64,000 nt of DNA from Octopus vulgaris (Eukaryota): NCBI GenBank assembly GCA_951406725.2, contig OX597817.1, forward strand, positions 55,924,001 to 55,988,000, read 5' to 3'. The notes beneath the pieces are model-generated. The model saw only the letters and a program-made list of their open reading frames with translations, made no database searches and was not told the DNA's origin. Each line of letters opens with the position of its first letter. The first letter of the stretch is position 1. The position numbers and the translations under genes were made by a program. Shown piece by piece: positions 28,293 to 45,986 of the stretch.

Positions 28293-28510
28293 TGCAGGGT
28301 AAACGTTTTTTTAATTTTCTCCTGTTTACGGAATTGATGTTATTTTGCGGTTGAGGCTTTTGTTATTTCTAGTGGGTGAATGGCCTATTATGGCTGTTCC
28401 TTGATCGTGATGTTGAACTTATAAATGGTCTATGACTATTTAATTTTTTCCCGCTAGGCCGCTGGTGGCAAAAAAATTCTACAAAATTTTTTGCCACCCT
28501 ATATTGATTA

Positions 28511-28600
<90 letters not shown>

Positions 28601-28734
28601 AGGTTAGACGCAGGGAAAGGATATGTATAATATATATATATACACATACATATGTATATACCTTCATGCATTGTTACATAGAAACACGTCAATATATAAA
28701 TATACATACTTGTTTCTATCTATGTATATATATA

Positions 28735-28774
<40 letters not shown>

Positions 28775-29325
28775 CATATATATTTTTTAAATATTCCATA
28801 TTATATATATAATATAAATATATATATATATATATACACACAATATATGTATATACACACACACACATATATATACGTGTATGGCGTATGAGTGTGAATG
28901 AGCGTGCCGGCGTGTATGTAGTTGTGGATTTGTGTATGTGTGTAAATATATACACCCATTGCTTACTCACTGTTTTCTGTTTACCACACGTCACATTCAT
29001 TCGTATACTCAAATAGCTCTCTTTGTCTGTCTTCCTCCTTCGCCTCTATTCAACATTTAATTCTCTTTTTCGTTTGCATTTTTTTCATTTATTTTCTTGT
29101 TGTTTGTGTGCATTTTGCTTGATTTTTTCTTTCTTTTACCTTCTTTAATTTTTCTTCCTCTTTTTCCTTTCCATTCCTTTAACAGATTCTCAATCATTTC
29201 AGGAATTTACTTCACCAGGCAACAAACGGTCCTGCCACTTCGTTGTTGGCTGCCATCTTGAGTGGTCTTTCACAGTTTTCCGTTAGCACAGAGAAATTAG
29301 GATTAATTCGATGTATAATATACAT

Positions 29326-29382
<57 letters not shown>

Positions 29383-29708
29383 GAGGCACACACACACACA
29401 CGCACATAGTTATTTAAGTACATTTACATTATATACCTACAAACACACATCCCTACACACTTGCATACAACCATAAATACATGTACACGCATAAATATAT
29501 GCCTGCAAACAAACGTAGAAATAAACAGATATATTCATGAATGTGTGGGTGTAAATGTTGTGTGTTCTATATGCACACACATACACGTATATACACACAC
29601 ACTCACTCAGAGAGACACAGTCACACACACAAATGTATAAATATTTATACCAGTGTATATCAGTACGCATATTAACAAATGTATACATATGTTATATGAA
29701 TGTATGTC

Positions 29709-29802
<94 letters not shown>

Positions 29803-30122
29803 GTATGTATATATATAAATATATATGTATGTGAAATGTATTTATATATATGTATATGCTAAATATATCTCTCTAAAATATACATATATATATGTATATC
29901 TGCATGTGTGAGTGTGTGTGTGTGTGTGTAAGTATATGCATAAGTATATTTATACGTATATGTATATTTATATATGTGAATGTGCATTTATGTAACTACT
30001 TGCATGCACACACCATACCCTTACATTAGTACCTGTAAAACAATATATACTACGGAAGGTAAAACCCACCAAGAATGGATGAAAGGAAAAACGTTCCAAA
30101 GAAGATAATACAACTATATAAA

Positions 30123-30192
<70 letters not shown>

Positions 30193-30216
30193 TTTATAAT
30201 AATGATAATAATAATA

Positions 30217-30288
<72 letters not shown>
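30123..30288. repeat. (AAT)n microsatellite
   Basis: Direct inspection. Confidence 0.95.
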
Positions 30289-30860
30289 GCAACGATCCTT
30301 TCTACTATAAGCACAAGGCTCGACCTCGGTGGAATTTGAATTTGAGAAATTAGCGACAGGCGAAATACTCTGAAGAATTTCGTTCAGCGTGCCAACAATT
30401 GTGCCACCACGCCGCCTTAAACAGCTGTATTAGTATTTTCATTAATATTAGTAATAATAATAATAATAATATTAACAATAATAATAATAATAATATTAAT
30501 AATAACAATAATAATAATAGCAACAATAAGAATAATTTTAATAGCTGATGATGATGACAGACTCGATCATGGACGCTATGCGAAAAACTAGTAAGTTTAG
30601 TGGAGTAAAAGAATGTTACTTAAATTAATTAACGAACGGGTTCTAGATAGGAAATTACTAGTATGGTATTACTAATAAAATTAGAATGGTATTTATTAAC
30701 AGTAAGAGTCATAATTAACTCAGGAAGCTTGGGAATAAAGATACAACGAAAAAAATATTTTGGAATACTTTTAATGCTTAAAATGGGAGCAAGTGCGTGA
30801 GATACATGTTGTTCCGAATATACTCGCTTTCCTCTGAAAACAAAATGCACATATCGAATT

Positions 30861-30894
<34 letters not shown>

Positions 30895-31044
30895 TGTATA
30901 CAGAAGGCTTCGAGGGGGGTGACAAATTAAATTCAATTAAAATATATTTCAAAGGAAAATACAATTTTTTTTTCAAAAATGTCATTCTATCTTCCGGACT
31001 CGTGAACTGAGAGGCAAAATATATACATATATGTGTACATACAT

Positions 31045-31175
<131 letters not shown>

Positions 31176-31319
31176 GTATGTATGTATGCATAAATACATT
31201 ATACATGGGTAAATCTTTAACAAACTATATTATATTCGGAGTGTTGAAGAATTTTCTATCTGTTGTTCGCCAAGTTTTTCACTCATTAGAAATCTCTTGC
31301 TAATACGAGCACGAGACAT

Positions 31320-31444
<125 letters not shown>

Positions 31445-31489
31445 CACATATATATACATATATAAAGTTATTGCTATGCATATATATAT

Positions 31490-31532
<43 letters not shown>

Positions 31533-31839
31533 ATATTCATATATACACATATATACATGTGTGCGTATATGTATGTGTATACATATACAGAAAGTAACAA
31601 AGCCAACATGCACGCACGTGTGTGCATGTGTATGTCTATGTGTATGTGTGCGTGGGTAAGTGAATGTGTGTGTATATACCTGTGTGTATGCGTATGACTT
31701 TCTGTTGGCGCGTGTTCATACGTACAGGGAAAGGAAACGTTAGACAACAGCGATGAAAGCATAAGAACAGGAATTACATTACGACGTGACAGCGTAATAA
31801 CACAGTAGTTATACGAAGGGTGGAAAACTATCTAAATTA

Positions 31840-31885
<46 letters not shown>

Positions 31886-31890
31886 TATAT

Positions 31891-31939
<49 letters not shown>

Positions 31940-31974
31940 CATATGCTTATATATATATGTATCACTATATGTAT

Positions 31975-32043
<69 letters not shown>

Positions 32044-32421
32044 CGTGTGTGTGAGTAGATATTTATGAAATTTTATTTGTTGTGATAGTTACTAGTTACG
32101 TGGAACATGATTCTGTAAAAATTCGTCATCGATAGACTGAATATTGTTATTAATATAAGAAGAGATGCGAAAGCAAGTATATTTAATACAAGAGTAAAAA
32201 ATAAACCAAATGTTTCATTTTATTGCTGGAGAGGAGACAAATTAAATGGTCGTGTGTCTTTGAAATATATACATAACCATCGTAAAAAAAAAAAAGAATG
32301 TACGTACAAATATAGGACAGACGTATAAATGGAAATGATACAGGAATAACGAAATAATTTTTACAGAGAAATTATGAACTCATATATATATGAAAAACAT
32401 TGACACATACATATACGTATG

Positions 32422-32500
<79 letters not shown>

Positions 32501-32666
32501 TATATTTATATGTATATATATATTGAAATTTACACATATCTATATATTTATATATCTATCTGTGTATATGTGTGTGTGTGTATGTATGTGTATATATGCG
32601 TATATGGACATAGATATACATGTATATATTAGATATACAGTCTTACACACACACACACACACACAC

Positions 32667-32704
<38 letters not shown>

Positions 32705-32909
32705 CATATAAATATAAATATATATATATATACATATACACAGACGTGTTTATTTGCATATATATGTTTGTGTGTATATATATACGCATACATACAAAAT
32801 TGAAAGTACGTATATTAGTTGAAATTATGAATAAATTTACAACTATCTGTGTACATATCTATACAAATCACCACAATATGTATGTATATATGAATGTATA
32901 TATATAAAC

Positions 32910-33000
<91 letters not shown>

Positions 33001-33139
33001 TGATACATATGGTTGATATAAGTAGATACATGGAACATGTAAGACAAACATAATCTTGCATATTAAACATATGCTCATATATAATATTTACATATGTGTG
33101 TGTGTGTATGTATGCTTCTATATATATAAATGTATATTA

Positions 33140-33179
<40 letters not shown>

Positions 33180-33272
33180 GTGTGTGTGTATATATGTGTG
33201 TGTGTGTGTATACATATATATGTGTGTGTGTGTATATCTAATAATGTTTTTATATTTGCATATATACATATG

Positions 33273-33346
<74 letters not shown>

Positions 33347-33897
33347 GTATGCATAAATGTATGTATGTATGTATGCATATATGTATGTATGCATATATGT
33401 ATATATCCATGTATGTATGCATATATGTATGTATGCATATATGTATGTATGCATGTATGTATGTATCGCCACAAATTCGCTCTCGTTAAAATCCTGTAAG
33501 AAACATACAATTCATCTCACATCAAAAAGTTAGACAACTACAAACTTACACATACTCACCCTTATACGCTTACCCAGACACATACACAAACACAAACACT
33601 TACACACACACATACACACACACACACACACATACACACAAACACTTACACACACAAACACGGAGAGAAATATAAAGAGCTTAGTTTAAGACAATTTCTT
33701 ATGGCTGAAATGTCAAATGAATGACGGCCGACAATGATATAAACAGGCAACAATAGGGAAATATTGAAAGCCTCCGAATCACTGAAACACCACTAAAATA
33801 ACAGTGAATTATACTACATACAAGAAACAGAAACTTTTGAAGACACATTAAAGAAAGGTAAGCGTATTTATTCATTTACTGTGACTTTTCTTCTGCT

Positions 33898-35840
<1,943 letters not shown>

Positions 35841-35912
35841 TTCGTATCCTTCACTGTCTCCGAAACCCCTTCTTCCGCCATGACAATTATTATGAATGAC
35901 CACAAACATCAG

Positions 35913-35943
<31 letters not shown>

Positions 35944-36242
35944 TTGTACATCTCTGCTACTTACGGTACACATTTGCACATTTCCACTCATTCTCATACT
36001 TTAAATCACAGGATAATATGCTTGCTTATATAAACGGGAAAAAAATGCCTATATATACATAGATATATTGACAACCGATGTCGGTGTGTTTACGTCACCG
36101 TAACATAAGCGGTTCAGCAAAAGATACCGATAGAATAAGTACTAGGCTTACAAACAATAAGTCCTGGAGTCGATTTGTCCGATTAAAGGCGGTGCTTCAG
36201 CATGGCCGCAGTCAAATGACTGAAACAAGTGAAAGAATAAAA

Positions 36243-36289
<47 letters not shown>

Positions 36290-36343
36290 TATATGTATAT
36301 AAAAGTAATATATATGTATGTATGTCTGTGTATGTGTGTGTGT

Positions 36344-36384
<41 letters not shown>

Positions 36385-36928
36385 AGCGTTGCTGTGGCAT
36401 AAGTAGTCTGGTACCGAATCACACGGTTCCGGGTTCAGTCCCCCTGTGTGACACCTTGGATGTTTTCTGCTATAGCCTCCATCCCCGCGAAAAGGCCTTG
36501 TGAATCGATTCGTGGTAAACAAAATCTGAGAGAAGCCCCCTGTATTATATGTGTGTGTGGGGTGTTGCGTATGACATTGAATAATCGTTTGTGTCACATA
36601 ACCGTTAGACAACCGCTGTTGATATGCTTGTGTCCCCTAAATTTAACGATTCGGCAGAAATGACAAAAAATGCATCAGGAAGGAAAAAAAAAACAAGGAC
36701 TGGGGTCGATTCATTCAAACTCAAAATTCCTCCAGGCGATGCCCCATAATTGCTGCAATCGAAATTACTGAAACAAGAGAAAAAAAATAGGATATAATAT
36801 GTAGATGAATGTAGATACATATATAGTATACATACATGCACACACTCACGCACGCACGAACACATACATATGTGTATATACAAATATACTTATATATAGA
36901 TATATATATATACATACAAATACAACCA

Positions 36929-36979
<51 letters not shown>

Positions 36980-37083
36980 GGAACATAAAGAATACTCAAT
37001 ACCAGAGGTATTTTATATGTATGTATGTATGTATGTATGTATATGTATGTATATATTGTTTCAGCTCCAGACCTGGATCTTAC

Positions 37084-37142
<59 letters not shown>

Positions 37143-37594
37143 ACCTACATACATACATATATACATGCACACATACATATATATATATATATTTATATAT
37201 ACATACAAACGTATATATGTACTTATATATACATACATACTTGTATATATATACATGTATATATACAGGTATATATATATATTTATAAATACATACGTGT
37301 ATGTATATATATATATATGTATATATATACATATATTACGCATGTTACATCATATGAGTATGATTGTCTACTTATGTATACCTTTACGTTCTCCCGCCCA
37401 TCATCGCTTGACAACCGGTGTTGATGTGATTACGTCCCCGTAATCTGGCGGTTCGGCAATGAGACTGATAGAATAAGTACTAGGCTTGAAAATAAGTCCT
37501 GGGGTCGAATTGTTCGATAAAACCAATTTAGAAATATATATTTTAGTATGCATGTATCACATATTATATTATATACATGACATATATCATACCT

Positions 37595-38115
37595 AGTGGT
37601 TGGGCCTGGGGCTATATAGCGACACTTCATAAAGAAGATTGTGTTGTCGAAGTGATTGGGCTACTGGGAAAGTCTAAAGGAACCGAAGATCTACTCCGTA
37701 GAGAGAAGGCATGCTAGATGTGCAGTGATATACATATGGAAGACCCTCGAATGTTTAGCTACCAAATTTGCAATTTAAAAATACATCAAACAGTGAACTC
37801 GTTATCCCACCATTGTGACAAACTCTCGTCTTCTCCATCAAGAATAAGGACCCGTTATTGTAAAAGCTTCGGTTTCAAGGGTCCACAACTGTTTAAAACT
37901 CTGCCAAACAACCTGTGAAATTTGCGAGGTGTAGTTATGGAGGTCTTTAAAAAGCGTCTGGACAAATACATGATGAAACCGCATCGTAGCAAGAGGCACC
38001 CTAAAGAGCGGATCCGTCAAAGTTCGCCAGCAACAGTAGAGGAAAGAAATTAAAACAACCTCAAATGTGTGCTCCAGCATAGCCTTAACTTCTGGCTGAA
38101 ACCAGTAAGAGATAA
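37595..38115 (+). pseudogene. Decayed LINE ORF2 C-terminus and 3' UTR (CR1/L2 group)
   Basis: YSVERRHARCAVIYIWKTLE and SFGFKGPQLFKTLPNNL*NL...FKKRLDKY, then TGCTCCAGCATAGCC...GCTGAAAC and (TAGA)n. Confidence 0.7.
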
Positions 38116-38124
38116 ATAAACTAA

Positions 38125-38203
<79 letters not shown>

Positions 38204-38276
38204 TACAGACACACAAACAGATAGACAGATACATAAATACATACATACATACATACATACATACATACAAAGATGA

Positions 38277-38334
<58 letters not shown>

Positions 38335-38888
38335 CAATAGAAGGTATGCAAATAGGTATGTGGGTATGTATGTGTATATACGTCTGTGTGTTATGTGATG
38401 TATATATATACAGATATACATACACAAATTAATTATTTATTGGTTTATATATAAACGTATTTATTTATGCATATGTATATATAAAAAACATATATCTGTG
38501 CACATACATAGATATATATACATATAAATACACATGTGTGTGTATGCAAGCGTGTGTGTGTGTGTGTGTGTCTGTGTTAAGAGTTTTTCTATAAACGGAA
38601 TTGGTAAGTTGTATAGAATCAACCAATCATAAATTTTCATCGTACCATTCTCATACTCAGAGATTCGATTCTCAATCCTTGGAGAATCTTCTAACGGATA
38701 CAGATGGAGGGCCGCAGAGTCACCTCTGTGTGAATACATATGTCGTCTCAAACCCACAAGAGTAAACAAGAGAGAGAGAAACTGGCAGAAACAAGGAAAA
38801 TGCCACTTGTATTTGAAGACTATGCAAATTTTCTTTTAAAAAACTTTTTCTTTCAAGTTTTCCAAAGATTAATTTTTTTCCATACTTA

Positions 38889-38924
38889 CAGTTGAAGAAG
38901 TCTCAATGATTGAAACCGGTACTG
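38889..38924 (+). ncRNA. Minimal hammerhead relic (core UUGAAGA)
   Basis: CAG-TTGAAGA-AGTC-TCAAT-GATT-GAAA-CCGG-TA^CTG, about 55 bp upstream of a (TA)/(TACA)n tract. Confidence 0.55.
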
Positions 38925-39090
38925 AAATATTTTTTATAAAATTATTTTAGCATTTTCTATCTTGACTTTTTTTCCATATATATATACATACATACATACA
39001 TGTATACATACATACATTCATACATACATACATTCATACATACATACATACATACATACATACATACATACATACATACATACATACATA

Positions 39091-39130
<40 letters not shown>

Positions 39131-39164
39131 TGTGTGTGTATGTGTGTATGTATATATAAATGAG

Positions 39165-39490
39165 GAGCACTACGTCGGTTACGACGACGAGGGTTCCAGT
39201 TGATCCGATCAACGGAACAGCTTGCTTGTGAAATTAACGCGCAAGTGGGTGAGCACTCCACAGACACCTGTAACCTAAACGTAGTTCTCATGGAGATCTA
39301 GCGTGAAACAAAGTGTTACAAGGCTGGCCCTTTGAAATAGGTGGTACCACTCATTTATGCCAGCTGAATGGACTGGAGCAACGTGAAATAAAGTGTCTTG
39401 CTTAAGTCCACAACGCGTCGCTGGGAATTGAACTCACGACCTTATGGTCTTGAACCGAATACCTTAACCATTAAGCCATACGCCTTTATA
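39165..39490 (-). mobile_element. tRNA-derived SINE family D
   Basis: Head GAAGGCGT-like ATGGCTTAATGGTTAAGG...GAGTTCAATTCCC; related copies at ~17800-18100(-), 24975-25215(+), 16762-16870(+), 60775-60920(+). Confidence 0.75.
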
Positions 39491-39619
39491 TGCATGTACA
39501 TATGTATATATGTACGTGTGTGTATTTGTGTGCGCGTCGGTGTGTATATATATATATGCACATACATACATACATATATATACACATACATACATACATA
39601 CAAACATACATAACGAATG

Positions 39620-39666
<47 letters not shown>

Positions 39667-40069
39667 GCATGGATGCATAGATTTATATAGACGTACGCAC
39701 AGATGCATGAATAAAAGTGGATGCGTAGATGTGAGCGTTCGGAAAAAGGTTTGCTTCCTATAAATACGATGTTGGACTGAAACGCGCACGTGCTTAACAT
39801 TTAGGCGTGCGAGCATGTATCTAGTATGCACGTATGTATATTCAAACATGTTATTCCAAATGTAGTGTTGCATATTGTGTAGTATACACAAAACTGTTCA
39901 CTGTAATTTTGACAGGATTTTTATTATAACGGAATTTTATATATATGCTCAAACGCGCGCCTGCTCACGCAAATGGTTGCACACACGCACACACAAGCAC
40001 GCAAAAAAGACGCACACACACACACATATATCAACATATACATGCATAGATGTTCATACAAATATATGC

Positions 40070-40170
<101 letters not shown>

Positions 40171-40310
40171 ACATATGTGTATATATACATGTTTTATCAA
40201 TAATCGGCAGAGGTTTCAATGAGATTAAAAACTGAGTTTCCTGCGTTGAGTTCTATTCTCTTATCTCCATCATCAAACATATATACATATATATGTATAC
40301 ACACACACAG

Positions 40311-40345
<35 letters not shown>

Positions 40346-40727
40346 CATACATATATATATATATACATATAAAGATGTGTGTGTGTGTTTTGCATACGAA
40401 ACGTACAAAAGAAAATCAATGGCAGCAGAAAAGATAAGTAATGATTAGGACGTTTCGGATAATTATCTTCTTCGAATTATGGTTTTAGGAATAAAGGAAT
40501 ACAAAACCAATCAACGGAATCGGAATGTCACATAAAACTTGGCTATATATACATACATACACATACACCCTTGCACACAGACACATATATATGTATATAC
40601 ATATATGTGTTTATATAAGCATATATATATATGTGTGTCTGTGTATCTATCTATCTATATATATATATGTTTGTATATTTATATGTGTATACATATGCAC
40701 ATGCATATGCATGTGTGTGCCTTTACT

Positions 40728-40787
<60 letters not shown>

Positions 40788-40998
40788 TAGTCAACAGATG
40801 AGATAGAGAGATTCTCTCTGCAGAAAAAAGCTTATTAGCGTTCAAAATGATCTGAAGTTGCACTTCGAAATCTCTACCAAGAACCAAGCCCTCAAGCTGA
40901 AGTGTAGCCATAAGAAGATTCTAGGTGAGAAGATATGGAGAGATAATGATGCGAATAAAGAAATGAAACTGCTGAAGTTAGATATACAATATACACAC

Positions 40999-41029
<31 letters not shown>

Positions 41030-41209
41030 TAGAGAGTGGCCAATGACTTAACACTGAAAGTTTAAACGAAACTTTGAAAATTTCTAAATTCTTCCTTTTT
41101 TTAATGATTTGCACTTATCTGTCTATTACACATGCATTTGTGATACGTCTACTAAAATTGGGATGGTAGTAATGAGATGCACTCTTCTATCATCCTCATC
41201 ATCGTAAGT

Positions 41210-41328
41210 AGTAGAATTTGTAGTAGCAGTTGTTGTTGTTGTGGTGGTGGTGGTCGTGGTGGTCATGGTGGGCGTGGTGGTGAACGTGGTAGTAGTAGTA
41301 GTAGTTGTTGTATTAGTAGTGGTAGTAT

Positions 41329-41365
<37 letters not shown>

Positions 41366-41438
41366 GGTGGTGGTAGTGGAGTTGGTGGTAGTAACAGTAG
41401 TAGTAGTAGTAGTAGTAGTAGTAGCAGCAGCAGCAGTG

Positions 41439-41498
<60 letters not shown>

Positions 41499-41590
41499 AT
41501 AGTAGTAGTAGTAGTAGTAGTGGTGGTGCTGGTGGTGCTGGTGGTGCTGGTGGTGGTGCTGGTGGTGGTGCTGGTGGTGGTGGTGATGTC
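41210..41590. repeat. (GTA)n/(GGT)n trinucleotide repeat
   Basis: Direct inspection. Confidence 0.95.
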
Positions 41591-42708
41591 GGTCACCTTG
41601 TGATGAAATCGCTAAATCAAAGTTTTATTATGACCCGTGCTACGTATTTTTTTTTTGTCTGCACTAAACTTACGTGTCACGAGTTCGAATCTCTTTCACA
41701 TATAAGGACTTCACAATATATATTTTCCGAGATGAACAGATCAAGTCAACCTGTTTGAAACGACAAACAAGGAATTAGCTGTCTTCAGCAGACCTTGCTA
41801 CTTGGCGAGCATTTGTCCCTGGAATGCCCTCGGTCCTAGAGATCCTAAAACTTGTTATGGGCGTTTAAATTCATCTAAAAATTGAAAGAAACTATTATGA
41901 GTCTAATTAGACGCGAGTATAGTTCTGTGGTTAAGAAAAATCACTTTATTACGACGTAGTTTCGGGTTTAACTGTTTGTCAGATTAGGCAAGTGTCTTTT
42001 AATACGGCTCCGGGACGATTAATGTCTTACGCGTGAATTTGGCAGACAGGAACTGTGCAGAAGCCTGTTGTGTATGTGTTCGTGTATGTATACATTTGTG
42101 TGTCTGTGTGTCTTTGAACCTGCGTTTGTCTTCCATTGCTTGACAAATTGAGTTGGTTTATTTAAGTACCCACTAATTTAGCGGTACAGCAAAAGGGAAC
42201 GATAGAATAAGTTTAAGACTTAAAATGCAATCAAGTACTAGGATGGATTTATTTAACTGAAACACTTTGTGGTGGAGCCCCAGCATGACCGCAGTTCAAG
42301 GACTGCTACAAGTAAACTTTGTCTGAATTTCTTTCCCCCTCTCTTTCTTTCTCTCTCCCTCCTCTCTCTTTCTCTCGCTCTCTCTTTCACTCTTCCATAA
42401 AACATCCTATCTATGAGCCTATGTTACTAACCAAACACGCTAGATGGCGTAGTTCCATCGATTTTCTATATTTGGTTCGATCCATTCCTATGCAATTCAG
42501 CCTCGACATCAAAATCTCCTAGCCCATCCTGGGCCCATTCGTCTGGTACTGATCAACAAATGACGTAGATGCACTCAAGTATATCAACCTCAGTATGTTG
42601 TAACTTTCTGCCCTTGCTGAGAACCATTGATATTATTTCGGGCATCGAACCTACAGAATCTCTAGAACGTCAAAGAACAAGCAGTGCGGTCTTTTTTCAT
42701 TCTGCTCT

Positions 42709-43119
42709 AGGGCGGCGAGCTTGCAGAAACGTTAGCACGCCGGGCGAAATGCGTAGCCGTATTTCGTCTGCCGTTACGTTTCTGAGTTCAAATTCCGCCG
42801 AGGTCGACTTTGCCTTTCATCCTTTCGGGGTCGATTAAATAAGTACCAGTTACGCACTGGGATCGATGTAATCGACTTAATCCATTTGTCTGTCCTTGTT
42901 TGTCTCCTCTGTATTTAGCTCCTTGTGGGCAGTAAAGAAATAGATATTTCATCTGCCGCTACGTTCTGAGTTCAAATTTTGCCGAGGTCGACTTTGCCTT
43001 TTAACGTTTCGGAGTCGATAAAATAAGTACCAGTTACGCACTGGGGTCTATGTAATCGACTAGCTCCTTTCCTCCAAAAATTTTCAAGGCCTTATGCCTA
43101 GAGTAGAAATGATTATTTG
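42709..43119 (+). mobile_element. SINE family A, composite form, 10-bp TSD
   Basis: B-box/central block present twice; TSD ATTCTGCTCT at 42699-42708 and 43120-43129. Confidence 0.85.
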
Positions 43120-43691
43120 ATTCTGCTCTTTATATTCAAAGTTCAAAACCCACTAAGGTCAGCTTAGACTATCTTCTTTCGAGGTAGCTAAAATAATGTA
43201 CCAGTCAATTATCAGTCTGAAATGCAATAAACTAGACATAGTATAAAATGCACGTGATAATATGAATGATGCAGTTTTTCTGATACAGAAGGAACTCCAG
43301 CTAGGACCAGTAGACGATCCAGGATTACCCTACCCACGAAAGGTACGAGCCCTCTCTCCTACTATCCAATCTATAAGCGCATACGTAGTGTAGGGCCAGT
43401 CGCTTTAACTATTTCTGTTGCAGTCACCCAACTTCGCACAAATTCATTGGTGGTGGTGAGAGGGCGTGGCACTTCTTGTGCACTTTCACTTTCCTTTTCA
43501 AGTGGAACTAATCAAAACAGTTGAAGAGAGCTTTGACTAATGAAAAAGTGTCTTCCCTCAATCCTTTCCAACATTTACTTTCTTTGACATTTGCACATGT
43601 TGCTAACATATTCATGGTGCTTCTGCTGCTGCTGTTGATGATGATGATGATGATGATGACTATGCACTCATATATATATATATATATATAT

Positions 43692-43859
43692 GGGCCCGGT
43701 ACGGAGTGGCCGTGTGATAAGTAGCTTATTTACCAACCACATGGTTCCGGGTTCAGTCCCACTGCGTGGCAACCTTGGGCAAGTGTCTTCTACTATAGCC
43801 TCGGGTCGACCAAAGCCTTGTGAGTAGATTTGGTAGACGGAAACTGAAAGAAGCCCGTC

Positions 43860-43906
<47 letters not shown>

Positions 43907-44137
43907 TGTGTTGTGTTTGTGTGTCTGTGTTAGTCCCCCTAGCATTGCTTGACAACCGATGCTGGTGTGTTTATGTACCCGTTACTTAGCGGTTCAGGCA
44001 AAAGAGACCGATAGAATAAGTACTGGGCATACAAACGAATAAGTCCCGTGGTCGAGTTGCTCGATTAAAGGCGGTGCTCCAGCATGGCCGCAGTCAAATG
44101 ACTGAAACAAGTAAAAGAGTAAAAAGAGTAAAGAGAG
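43692..44137 (+). mobile_element. tRNA-derived SINE family B, full length, with internal (TA)n/(TG)n
   Basis: A-box TGGCCGTGTGATAA, B-box GGTTCAGTCCC, tail GGCGGTGCTCCAGCATGGCCGCAGTCAAATGACTGAAACAAGTAAAAGAG. Confidence 0.85.
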
Positions 44138-44745
44138 TTATATTATATTATACATTGTATATTGTATTATATTGTACGATGTTGGAAAGATTAAGACGTT
44201 TCACGTATAAATTTAAATAAAAAAAAAAAACAAAAAAAAATGGTTTAAGAACCTTTTCATGGACAGAACAATTTACATTTTTCGCAAGACACATCCTACC
44301 GCTCTTAGTAGATGTGTGTGGGTGGGTGGGTGCGCATTTTTTGTGTTTTTGTATGTGTATGTGTGATTGTGTGAGTGTGTGTGTGTGTGCGTGCGTGGGC
44401 CTTTGCACATGCTTACCTCACAATACGTTATGCAATGTGTTCTCTTCGTACGAAATTATCACCATAGGATGTTTATTTTTAATATTTACATCCTCATCAA
44501 TATTATCACCAGAACGAAATTATCTGTTGACGAGATGTAGACAGGGATTTTCCCAACGTTGTCCACTTTACGTTTCTCCAAACAAACAAAGCTCATATTT
44601 TGATGATAAAAAACAACGATTTTGTTATTGATAAAAGTCGTAATAATACATTCCCACAAATGCGAAAGATATTACGCATACGCATGTAAAAAAGGACGCA
44701 ACACACACATAAATGCACAACACACACACATAAATGTGTGTGTGC

Positions 44746-44780
<35 letters not shown>

Positions 44781-44948
44781 AACATATATGTATATATACA
44801 TATATTTGTGTGTGTGCGAAGGAGCGCATCTATGTAGGAATCAAGCACGTATTAGGTAGTTGTTAACTAAATAACTTATATAAATACACACATAAGTATT
44901 TGTGTATATGTCTCTGTGTGTGGTGTATATGTGTGTATGTGTTGGTGG

Positions 44949-44988
<40 letters not shown>

Positions 44989-45009
44989 TTTTATTTTTTA
45001 AAAAGTGGC

Positions 45010-45104
45010 AAAAATATCACAAGACTGTTTCTCAGAGTTTAACGTTCCCGTTCGTCCGACAAACGGGAACGTGAAACTCTGAGTAACAGATTTTGTGATA
45101 TTTT
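45010..45104. repeat. Fold-back hairpin of a decayed minimal hammerhead
   Basis: Inverted arms read outward as C(C/G)GAC(A/G)A-ACG-GGAA-CGT-(G/T)AAA-CTCTGAG-(T/A)A-ACAG; next to (TA)n. Confidence 0.65.
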
Positions 45105-45271
45105 TTCTGTTTTTTTAATAAAACATATTACTCTACCTCCGGTATTCGAGTACTATTTTTTCCACCTTGTTTCGTATTTATGTACTCACTCTGTACAAGC
45201 GTATAAATATACGAATATATTTAAATATATATATATATATGCGTATATATATATATATATATATATGTGTT

Positions 45272-45320
<49 letters not shown>

Positions 45321-45941
45321 ATGTATATGTCAATGCATATATGTGTGTATGTTTGTCTGTCTGTGTGTACATATATATGTACATAATATTGATGTACACA
45401 CACGCATTCATGTATACAGCCTTCACATACACGCGGGCATACACTCCATGTACATTCCCATACACAAGCACACACACATATACACATATCTGTATTTACA
45501 ATTGTATTGGAATTAATCAACCGTTATTCTGTAATTCCACACTTACTATTTTCTTCAACGTAACTATTTCCTCCACCACCCCACCCCTAAACAATGTACT
45601 TATAATAATTAAATATTAGCTTTCTTTCAAACACACGGAAAATGAGACCATGAGACAACAAAACATTAAGATACATGTGTCTGAAGGACGTTTCTATAAG
45701 ATCACCAATATTCCTCCTGAATTCCACTGAGGTTGACTTTGCCTTTCATCCTTTCGAGGTCGATAAATTAAGTATTAATTTTGTACTCGGGTTGATCTAA
45801 TCGACTTGCCCCCTCATCAAAAACTTCAAACCTTTTGCTGGAAAAGAATATTCCTCCTGAACGGGACGCCAGCACGTCATTTATAGCTGAGAGAACCGGT
45901 AATCGATGCTGAAATCGAAGCCCAAATCCTGCCTTCAATTT

Positions 45942-45986
<45 letters not shown>

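Larger units (their letters stand above)
27881..28515. mobile_element. Fold-back (palindromic) hammerhead element between (TA)n tracts
   Basis: Near-perfect inverted repeat, 27881-28144 versus 28151-28411 (loop TCACAG; one 3-bp indel). The right arm extends ~100 bp further to (TA)n. Each arm has a hammerhead. Confidence 0.85.
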
